Assembly: GCA_949358305.1 (NCBI GenBank)
Contig: OX442314.1
Coordinates: 12,772,001 to 12,836,000, forward strand
Reading direction: 5' to 3'
Source: Strigamia acuminata
Taxonomy: Eukaryota
DNA: 64,000 bases
Made by a program: the position numbers and the translations under genes. Shown one piece after another: positions 12,457 to 22,717 of this stretch. The notes below the pieces were generated by a model. The model saw nothing but the letters and a program-made list of their open reading frames with translations. It did no database searches and was not told the DNA's origin. Numbering within the stretch: position 1 is the first letter of the stretch; each line of letters starts with the position of its first letter.

Positions 12457-14630
12457 GGATCCACCCCGAAATGTCGAATGACAAAATGTCTAATGACAAA
12501 ATGTCTAAGCCGAAATGTCTAATCAAAAATGTCTAATAGACAAAATGTCTAATTCAAAATGTCTAATCAAAAATGTCTAATGCCGAAATGTCTAATGCCT
12601 AAATGTCTAATATCCAAATGTCTATTAATTAATTAATTTCACAAAATAATTATTTATACAAGGTGCTTCCCAGTGAAATAAATTTATCACAATAAAAATA
12701 AATGAATAACGTCGATAAAAGTTACATCGGAATATATTGGTTATTTGTGGTTCGCAACGTCTGATTGACGTATTGACATTATTACATACGTATATAAAGC
12801 GCATTCTTTTAGAATCAGATCATTCATTCGTTTGCAAATACTACTGCATTGTCGTGTCGTTTTATTCCCGATTATCTAACATAACATGGCAAACGCTACC
12901 GCAAGAAAAACCAATCAAATGTGTCGTAAATTATGTTTCGAGGGGTTTGCGTATCATTTAGATCGTTCTCAAGTAGAGAAATCGACAGGAATTGAAAAAT
13001 TCTATTGGAAATGCGAACGCCGTACGTCGAAAACAATGGAATGCCACGGAAGAATTGTTACGATAAGAGTTAATAATACGGATGAGATAAAAAAATCGAA
13101 GCCACACAATCATGCGTCCGAAGCATCCCGAGAAAATGTTTTGACCGCAGTTGCAGCCATTAGAACTAGAGCTACGGAGACACGTGAAACGCCGGTGCAA
13201 ATTATCCAAGCAGAAAAAAATCGAATGGCTGAACCTTGCCGTCCATACCTTCCGTCCGCCGCTGCATTAAACAAGAAAATTTCAAGGGCAAGAAGGAAAC
13301 TAACTCCTGTTGAGCCTTTAAACATAGCAGATTTACATTTAGAACCACCCTTCACCGAAACTTTATCTGGAGACCGTTTTCTACATCGTGACATTACTAC
13401 AGCAGCGGGGGCCAGAATTTTACTTTTCACAACCGTAAAAAATATTGAATATTTGTCCGTAAGTCGTTGCGTTATAATGGATGGGACGTTTCACACTGTG
13501 CCAAGAATATTTGGACAATTATATACCATTCATGCAAAGTGTGGTTCCGTGGGCAACTCACGTTTTTTACCTATGGTGTATTCTCTTATGACACACCGAT
13601 CAGAATTAGCGTACGATGCGTTATTTGAGACACTTCATACGGTTGCTGCTAACTTTAATTTTCGTATCGCTCCTCAATTTGTAATTACGGATTTTGAAAT
13701 AGCTGCATTAAATTCAATTGGTCGCTGGTTTCCAGATTCTACTAAGCATGGGTGCTTTTTTCATTTAGGCCAAATAGTTTGGAGACATATCCAACAGGAG
13801 GGCTTGCAACAACGTTACGGTGCCGATGAAGAATTTTCATTATTGTGTCGACAATTACCTGCACTTGCTTTTTTGCCACCCAATGCAATACGTAATGCTT
13901 ATGGATTATTACGGCCATTATTTCCTGCAGAAATGAATAATTTATTGAATTGGTTTGAAACGTATTATGTTTTGGGAGAATTAAGACTCCTACCCAATGG
14001 CATGAGTTTACGAATCCCACCATTGTATCCACCAGTACTTTGGAGTGTGGATGAAATGATGTTGAATCATTTACCTCGTACCAGCAATGCTATTGAAGCG
14101 TGGCATCGTCGATGGCAGGCGTTGGTTGGAGCGCCCCACGTTGGTGTCTATAGACTGATTAAGGAATTGCAAATGGAACAGGCCTCAGTTGAAGGGATAC
14201 TGGAGGGGATGATAAGAGGCGAGCCAAGGCCACCAATTCGTCGAGCAGAAAGGAATCGACAACAACGCGTTCTTACAGTTTTTAATGACAGGGAAAACCG
14301 CAATATTTTAGATTATCTGCGCGGTATTGCCCACAATGTGCAATTATAATGTGTTTTTTTGTTAACTGAAAGTAATAAATAAATTAATTAATTATAAAAA
14401 ATTGCATTTTATTGATTTTATTTATTGATTTTATTTATATTTGCTTAAAAAATTGAAAAAAAAAATTTGTGTATATTAAATTTAAAAAAAAAATTATTAG
14501 ACATTTTGGCATTAGACATTTCTTGATTTTGTCATTAGACATTTTTGATTAGACATTTTGTCCATTAGACATTGTGGATTAGACATTTTGTCATTAGACA
14601 TTTTGTCATTAGACATTTTGGGGGCCACCC
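12457..14630 (+). mobile_element. Mutator-like (MULE, Phantom-like) DNA transposon with tandem-repeat TIRs
   Basis: 8-bp TSD TTTGTAAA (12449-12456, 14631-14638). Termini GGATCCACCCCGAAATGTC / GACATTTTGGGGGCCACCC, with arrays of ~15-bp AAAATGTCTAATG units in inverted orientation. Confidence 0.92.
12886..14349 (+). CDS. MULE transposase with N-terminal FLYWCH zinc finger, 487 aa
   Basis: GFAY...YWKC...C...HNH (FLYWCH-like); MDGTF, ITDFE, GCFFH and RTSNAIEAWH (MULE DDE and CxxH motifs); uninterrupted frame. Confidence 0.92.
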   Translation: MANATARKTNQMCRKLCFEGFAYHLDRSQVEKSTGIEKFYWKCERRTSKTMECHGRIVTIRVNNTDEIKKSKPHNHASEASRENVLTAVAAIRTRATETRETPVQIIQAEKNRMAEPCRPYLPSAAALNKKISRARRKLTPVEPLNIADLHLEPPFTETLSGDRFLHRDITTAAGARILLFTTVKNIEYLSVSRCVIMDGTFHTVPRIFGQLYTIHAKCGSVGNSRFLPMVYSLMTHRSELAYDALFETLHTVAANFNFRIAPQFVITDFEIAALNSIGRWFPDSTKHGCFFHLGQIVWRHIQQEGLQQRYGADEEFSLLCRQLPALAFLPPNAIRNAYGLLRPLFPAEMNNLLNWFETYYVLGELRLLPNGMSLRIPPLYPPVLWSVDEMMLNHLPRTSNAIEAWHRRWQALVGAPHVGVYRLIKELQMEQASVEGILEGMIRGEPRPPIRRAERNRQQRVLTVFNDRENRNILDYLRGIAHNVQL

Positions 14631-14849
14631 TTTGTAAAAACCTGGCTGATCTAAACTTATCATTCGGAAAGATTCCACCCGAATGTGTAATTACATTGGT
14701 ACAACACTTACCCAGCATTCGACGTCTTAACTTGGAAAGAGCCAATGGCATCACGGATTTGATTTCAGCCAAGATGTTTACGAGAAACGTGCAAATTGAA
14801 TACTTAAGCATTCGCTTTACCAAAGTTACAGTAAATGGATGTTTACAAC

Positions 14850-15325
14850 TTTTTAATTATATCACAAGCAGATTTGTCGATGTTTTGGCACTCATGAATT
14901 GCCAGATCATTTAATGGATTTTTCATTGCTAGTAATTTTAAAATGGTTGAAGAACTAATCGAGTGACACAAGATAATGCTAAATCTGTCAGATTTTGCAG
15001 TAAATTCAATTTAAGCTCTGTAATCAAGGTGTCAGAAAAAGCTTGACAATCACAAACACTTACCCTTTAGATTGACGGAATTTACCAATAACACGCGCAA
15101 ATCTTGTTCGGCCATCACGTTTAGTTGCAAAATCGGTTGTTCGAAAATTCTCAGCGAACGTAGATTTCTGAATGTAAGGTGGTTACCGGTATTGTCAGAA
15201 TAAGTTGTTTCTACACAGACTGCACAAACTGTCAATTCTAAACTTTTTAACATTGGACAGAACGTGCTGATTTGCTGAATATTGACTGCACTAATCCTGC
15301 TCAGAGTTATATTAGTTATTCGTTT
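14850..15325 (-). pseudogene. C-terminal LRR paralogue fragment
   Basis: CPMLKSLELTVC...FRNLRSLRIFE...LLVNSVNLKG, degenerate; joined tail-to-tail with the truncated plus-strand copy. Confidence 0.75.
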
Positions 15326-15908
15326 CTTATGTATTTTTTCTAGAAAAAAATTACTAAAAACGAAAAATTTACTAAAATTTGTTTGTGTAAAAAAAATTAA
15401 ATGAAAATAGGTGCATTTAATCCTGAAAAGAGAATTGTCTTATTCGTCTGAAGTGACTTCTGTTATCAGGATAAGACGCAAAATAATAGGATATGATAGA
15501 ATTTAAATTCCTTTTTCGTTCTAAAAGATCCAAATCAGAACCTTGAAGCGCCAACCTGGTTCATTTTATTTTTATGTATTTTTATTTTAATGATGTAGCC
15601 AAATTTAAACATCGCATTAATACCAATTTTTATGCAAGCTGACATGACAGTAATATGGCTGGAACACAGGGCCATTTATAGAAGCAGCAATATTTTAAAA
15701 CTAATAAATAAGTGGATAAATTTGTATATGATATACTTTCATTAAACGGTATTTTAACAAACATGTTTAAACGAAACACCTCAGAATCAGAAAAATGGAA
15801 AATTTCGACGTATTATATGAAAGAATTGAAATTAAACGCTTGCCATTGAGCACATTGGATTTGCTTATTTGATCATTTACCCTTAATCATGTAAATTTAG
15901 TCATTTGA

Positions 15909-17207
15909 TTACAAATTAACATCAAAGTCAGAAGTTGGATCTTGATCTGAATCGACATCAGGCTCTTGATCTGAAGTTGGATCTTGATCTGAATCGATAT
16001 CAGGCTCTTGATCTGAATCGACATCAGGATCTTGATCTTGATCTGAATCATCGTCAAGATCAAGAACAAGATCCAAGTTCTGACTTTGAACATAACCAGT
16101 AATTAGATCACAAGCTGGTTTGTCGATGTTTTGGCAATCGGCAATGCTCAATGCATTTAGTGTACTTTTCCTTGCTAGCAATTTTAAAACTGTTGCTGAA
16201 CTTATCGAGTCACACAAAAGAATAAATAAAAACTTCAGATTTTGCAGTGAGTTCAATTCGATGTACTTTGTGATCAATTTATCGGAAAAAGATTGACAAC
16301 CCACAACTAATAGGCTCTTTAAATTAACGGAATTTACAAATAACATTTGCAAATGTTGTTCGGATATTGTGTTTTCTTGTTCACCCGGTTCTTCAGAAAT
16401 GTGTAGTGTACGTAGATTTCTGAATGGAAGCTGATAGGATACGGTTTTTAAATTGTAAGAATCAGTTGTTTTAACACATATTGAACAATCGACCAAATAT
16501 AAACTTTTTAACATTGGACAGAAAAATCCGATTTGCTGAATATTGACTTGACCAATCCTACACAGATCTAAGCTAGTTAGTCTTCCCATTGTTTTGCTTA
16601 GTACTGATACAACTATTTCATTAAAGGAGTTTGTGAATGTAGGTGGAAAAAATTCAATTTTACGTAATTTTAGAAACATTTGTGTGACAATGCTGAGATC
16701 GTCATCTGTCCATTCATGCAGACTTATTCTGTCGAGGGAATATGATTTAAGCATTTTGTTGGATTTATAATCTTGTTTTAGGAGTGGAAATAATGGGAAA
16801 TCACAATATAATTCTTTTAGAAAAGGCAGACTTTTTACGAGTTTTAAACATCCATTAGCTGTAACTTTGGTAAACTGAACGCTTACGTATTCAATTTTCG
16901 CGTTTTTCATCTTGGCTAAAACGAAATCCGTGATACCTCTGTTTCCGTCCAAGTAAAGACGTTGTAGGTTGGGCAAATGTTTCACCAATCGTATTACGCA
17001 GTCAGATGAAACTCGTCTACTGTATGATAAATTTAGTTCCGCCAGGTTTTTACACACTCCGATAATTTTATCTACAACTTCGTGTACGTGCAGATCAGAA
17101 AACCGGTGCAAACAAAGCAATGATCTCGTGGCAGGACGAATAAATTCATCCGCGTGCAAACTATGTCGAAACGCCGTTTCTTGAAGGCGTCGATATATCT
17201 TATTAAC
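15909..17207 (-). pseudogene. 5'-truncated LRR paralogue (open frame of ~430 codons, no BC-box) with acidic repeat tail
   Basis: Frame opens at VNKIYRRLQETAFRHSLHADEFIRP; no ATG or BC-box upstream in frame; ends DSDQDP/DSDQEP repeats. Confidence 0.7.
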
Positions 17208-17221
17208 CTTATATCTTATTA

Positions 17222-17563
17222 ACCTCAGAGAAATTTTTATTTTCCTCAGAGAAATTTTTATTTTCCTCAGAGAAATTTTTATTTTCCTCAGAGAAATTTT
17301 TATTTTCCTCAGAGAAATTTTTATTTTCCTCAGAGAAATTTTTATTTTCCTCAGAGAAATTTTTATTTTCCTCAGAGAAATTTTTATTTTCCTCAGAGAA
17401 ATTTTTATTTTCCTCAGAGAAATTTTTATTTTCCTCAGAGAAATTTTTATTTTCCTCAGAGAAATTTTTATTTTCCTCAGAGAAATTTTTATTTTCCTCA
17501 GAGAAATTTTTATTTTCCTCAGAGAAATTTTTATTTTCCTTCAGAGAAATTTTTATTTTCCTC
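17222..17563. repeat. 21-bp minisatellite (CCTCAGAGAAATTTTTATTTT, ~16 copies)
   Basis: Near-perfect head-to-tail units with no spacers. Confidence 0.95.
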
Positions 17564-18590
17564 ATTAAAATTTCACTTTATTTTTAAATTTTCTATCTAA
17601 ATAACTATAATCATCGACGAATTTTACATTAACCGTTTCCTCTTTGGTTACAAAAAGAGCGGCTCTTATTTCAAACCATCTCTCTGAGGCGCGGCTACTA
17701 TTTGATGGCGGCTACAAAATGAGGGCGATTCTTTAATCGAGAAAATACGGTATTTTTATTTTTTGGTCTTCATCTAAAAGTAACTGAATAATTTAATCCC
17801 AACCAGTAAACAAATTATGTTCAAAGTCAGAATTTGGATCTTGTTCTTGAACGGGGCTTGATCTTATAAAAGACCTTGAAGAAGACGACGCAGATTAAAA
17901 AATCCACGTAAATCACAATTCAATGACTAAAAAATTCAAAAAATAAAATTGATTTGCATAGTTCATTAAATTACTTTTTCTTATCTATTTATTCTCTATA
18001 TAATCTGAATACAACCGAAGGAATAAATTATTTCCATAACATCGAGTCATCCAAACCTAATCAACTATTTCTGTGATTTCCCCAGTTTGACTCCTTTAGT
18101 CAGCTAAATTACACCATTGAGGTGTAAATATTACACCTTTAGGCCTGTACACCTTGCATGTGTCACGATACACCTTTGAGCGTAAACTTACTCATAAAAA
18201 TGTAAATTATTTCTCCTAAACAGTAACTTTACATAGTATTTTTAAAAATTTAAAGAAACTGTAGAAAAAATAAAAATAAAAAAGTGTAAATTGTTTACAT
18301 TTTAAATATGGCAGCAACATTATGTACAGTACTGGACCAAAAAAAACCTTTAGTTTAGCTGGTCTAAGTTTATCTACCAGGTGGCATAAAAATTCATTCA
18401 GATTTAGTGACATCATTTTTCGCCCGGTCTATCTTTTAATACAGTTGTTAGGTCAAGACAAGAGATTGATCAAGATTAATGTCATTGAATATCAACTTTC
18501 ACGTAAACAGTACGTCTACTGCTTCTATTTATGTAAGCGATGGTTCAATTTCACTATACTGTAGCTGTTCCACTGACCTAATACCACGAC

Positions 18591-19908
18591 ATGCCTAATA
18601 AGAAATCAGCATCGAGTTTGGAAGAATTGTTTGAAATCAATCTATGCACATTACGACGAGATACGCCATGATCTTATTCATTTTCCTATCGTATTGGTTA
18701 ATAAGATATATCAACACTTTGTTGAAATTCGGTCACGAAAATTCGGAGTAATTGCAGTTTGTAACAGACCAAAGAAACAGTTTCGTTTGCATTCGGATGA
18801 TTTTATTCGTCCAGGCACGAGATCGTTATGCCGTTTGGACCGGTTTTACGATCTGCCTACGAACAAACTTGTAGATAAAATAACCCGCGTTTGTAAAAAC
18901 CTGGCTGATCTAAACTTATCATCCGTCCAGATTCGACCCGAATTAGTAATTACATTGTTACAACATTTACCCAGCATTCGACGTCTTAACTTGACTTTAA
19001 ACACTGGAATCACAGATTTGATTTTAGCCAAAATGTTTACGAGAAACGTGCAAATTGAATATTTAAGCGTTTACTCTACCGAAGTTACAGTAAATGGATA
19101 TTTACAACTCGTTAAAAATCTGCCGCTTCTAAAAGAATTAAATGTTGATGACCAGATGTGGAGAGACTTATTTCAACTGCTAAAACAAGATTTTTATCGC
19201 AGCAAAATGTTAAATACATATTCCCTCGAAAGTGTAGGTTTAGATGAGTGGACAGATGAAGATCTCAGCGTAGTACCACAAATGTTTCCTAATTTACGTA
19301 AGGTTTCCTTTACGCCAAGCTTCCCCAGGAACGATTTTGATGCTGTAGTTGCGTCAATACTATGCAAAACAATGGGAAGAATAACTACGCTAAGTTTGCA
19401 CAATATTAGTCCGGTCAATATTCGGCAAATCGGCTTTTACTGCCCAATGTTGGAGAGTTTAGAATTGACTAATTGTTCCATCAGCGCTGATACAACTGAC
19501 AATTTAGAACACGTCAACAATCATCAGCCATTCAGAAATCTACGCACACTAGAAATTCTTGAGGTAGAGGTGAATCAACCAGATGTACTAACCAAACAAC
19601 TTTTGTGCATGTTATTGGTAAATTCCATTAATTTAAAAACACTAGTCTTATATGGTTGTCAAAGTTTTTCCGATAGTTTCATCACTGAACTCATCGAATT
19701 AAATTTACTGCAAAATCTCAGGGAGCTTGTTATTATCTGGTGTAACTCGATTAGTTCTGAAACAGTTTTAAAATTGCTCGCTATGAAAAATCCCTTAAAT
19801 GATTTCTATATTTTTCATTGTCAAAATATCGACCAACCAGCTTGTTACATCATTGAAAATTATGTTCAAAATCAGAATTTGGATCTTGATATTAATTTGA
19901 TAGTGTGA
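18591..19908 (+). pseudogene. Full-length BC-box LRR paralogue with a 2-bp deletion in the BC-box
   Basis: ATG 18591 MPNKKSASSLEEL; GAATTGTTTGAAA versus GAATTGTGTTTGAAA in paralogues shifts the frame; the remaining 425 codons are open. Confidence 0.75.
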
Positions 19909-20627
19909 ATTATCTCTTAAAGCAATTACCGGTACTATAATATCCAAAAGAATAAATAAAGTAGATTTATCTCGTTTAGATCAATTAAGCAAACTTTAAG
20001 AATTTTTTTCATTTTTCACAAGTGTTAATAAATCTGCATTGTTTTCAAACAATTGAACAGGGTGTCCACAATATCTCTAAGTCAATTTAAAAAATTTATT
20101 AAAATTACTTATAAAAAAATCAGATATTTTGGAAACTTGTACATAACATAACGTATTTACAGTAAAGTTTCCATCGCACGGTCCTATAAGCTAACCGATT
20201 ATCAATTTCTGTCCACGTTCTTTATCAATAGTCTCAATGGAAGCCATTATTATTTGCTTAAAGTCATTTATATCCCTTACTTTGCTACGATACACAATAT
20301 CTTTCGTATATCCCAAGTCCCCACAAGAAGAAGTCCAGGGGTTTTATGGCTGTAGAACGAGCAGGCCAGATTCTTATGGAAAACTTTGTGAAGTATTGTT
20401 TCTTACGAAGCAGCCATTTTTGTATACTTTTCCTTTTAAAATTATTTGTATGTCTTAATTGATCTCCAAAATAAGAAACATAACAAGAATAAAAACTTTA
20501 GCTTATCAATATGCAAAAAAAAATTATTTTGTTCCCACCTAATGTTAACTTGTAAAAAAAATATATAAAATTGTCTAAAGACTTAGTGAACAATCAAAAA
20601 AAATAATTTTTTAATGTCAAAATGACC

Positions 20628-21985
20628 TTTCAGCTGTACAGAATTTACTCGAAGTTTCGCTATTCGGCAAAGTGTTCTGTTCGCTCAAGTTCTTTCAACG
20701 CCGCATCGCATCAACCCCCACGACCTGACTTCAGAAGTGATGAACAAAATACGAAGCTCAAGAAGCCACCGACGCCACTCAAACTGTCTCGTTTCCAAGA
20801 CAACAGAAGCAACAGCTGGAAAGGTGGTGATGCAACGCCCAAAATAAAGAGGACGAAAAAAACTAGATTTTTGCCATTTTTACACTAAATCAACCAACGA
20901 ATCTATTCTCTTACTGACCTCGACATGCTCGATCATAAGGTGATGACACTAACACTAACATTTTCAACACCATTCATCGACTCTTTGACTCCCCCCCCAT
21001 TCATTTTTTGAACACTCATGAAGACTCTTTATATTAGGCGCCCGGCATCCCTCACTGCCCGCGCCCTTCTCTGCCCGGCGCCCGGGGTGGTGATCTCGAA
21101 TTTTATACTTCGTTGTCGCCACTAAAATATTTATTTATTTAATTGCTCTGGTTTGGCACACGCCAAGCTGATACAAGTGGGTCTTGGGGTGGAAACTCCC
21201 CTGGCACACTTCAATTTGGCTGGGGCTGCTTGCAGCCACAACCGTTTTGGTGCAATAATTCAGTTATTTCACCTTTGCGCACGTCTGCTGCGCAGAAAGA
21301 GAGTGTGCTCAGTCCTAAAATTTGAGGCTTGGGCCCACTCTTGACATCAACACTGAACAAACAACACGAATAGTCACTGCTCTGCAAACAGATTTACGTT
21401 TCTTGTGTTGAGTTGAGATCTCTGCTATTTTCACATTGTGAAGACAGCCTTTCTTGTTTGTGCCAAACACCGTTTGACACACGCACTTTGCGAACATTTC
21501 ACTAACTTTGGGTAACGCCCAAGGAACCCGCTCACTGTCGACCATCGTGAGTCCCGTCGAGTTTACTCCGGAACTCGCCATCGCCGCCCGAGCAAAACCG
21601 TTTGCCGTGAACCACTGCCATTGTGAGAATCCCGTCGAGCTTGCTCCGAGACTCTAGCCATCGCGGTCGTACGAGCAGCGTAATTTTTACCGGCGAATTC
21701 GCTTCGCCATTTTCCGCGCACCACAACAAGTCGTTGTGGTGCGCGCTTTACTTTTGTTTCCGCGACCATTGTAGCTCGCATTTCATTCTTTTCATATTTA
21801 ATCTAGTCTTAATTTATTATCATTATTAATTGTATTAAACCTAATAAATTCATTGTGTTATTTTTATATCTAAACAATTTGCCTTAGTTTCATATCCCTA
21901 GACACATTTTAGCTTTATTTCCAGATATAAGTCCTACCATGGTGTACGGTATGTGACTTGCAGCGGGAAGATGACCTGGAACTTG
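20628..21985. mobile_element. Unclassified GC-richer insertion, possibly an LTR-retroelement 3' end or LTR relic
   Basis: Similarity to the LRR 3' flank stops abruptly at ~20627. Purine tract near 21083, internal ~45-bp direct repeats (21548/21624), AATAAA at ~21843, CA followed by TGGTG at ~21940. No TSD found. Confidence 0.35.
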
Positions 21986-22717
21986 ATCTGGAATCCCAGA
22001 TCAAGTTTGGTAGTAAAACAATCGTTTATTTACCAAATAAACGATTGCATTCAGAAACAAAACATTTCTTCTAAAAATTCGTGCGAGACGAAATTTTAGA
22101 GAGAAGTTATTGAATGCGCCCGCTATTAAAAGGTAGACTGGCCACATAATGATGTCATTGAATCTCAATGGATTTTTATGCCACCTGGTAGGTAAAATTA
22201 AAACAGCTAAACTGAAGGAAAGTTTCGGTTACAATACAATTAAAACTAATTTTTATTCGAATGCATTTTCAAACCAAAAAATCCTTTTTCAGACCAAAAA
22301 ATCCTTTTTCGGACCAAAAAAAATCCTTTTTCAGACAAAAAAAAATGCTTTTTCAGACTAAAAAAATGCAGCAAATGCAAGTTGTTCCTACAAGCGGCCC
22401 CTCAAAACTACACTGCAATACCCTGCGCAGAAAAACCAAAAAAAAAATTTCCTGTAGCCCTAAAAATACACTTTTTTTGATAATTTTTGCTACTGTTTCA
22501 TGATAAAACATCTGATTTTATAAATAAAAAAGTGTGCAAAACCCATTGAAGCAGTTATTTTTCACCAATTGTACAAATCTATGAGATATACTTTGGTTAC
22601 CACCACTAGATTACAAAATGTACATTTTTTATAATATTGCAAATATTACCAGGATCTAACCTTAAACTTTTATAATAAAATTTATCTATTTCCAAATTAA
22701 ACTCCTAACTCGTAATA

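Larger units (their letters stand above)
12151..14849 (+). pseudogene. BC-box LRR paralogue interrupted by the MULE transposon and truncated at ~14849
   Basis: MPFKKSASSLKELCLKSI...KITLVCK (12151-12456) resumes as CKNLADLNLSFGK...NGCLQL (14631-14849). Confidence 0.85.

Noticed and set aside
17222..17563. CRISPR-like array or stand-alone SEENKNF repeat protein
   Set aside because: No spacers and a eukaryotic context; the ORF is a by-product of a 21-bp (multiple of 3) minisatellite.
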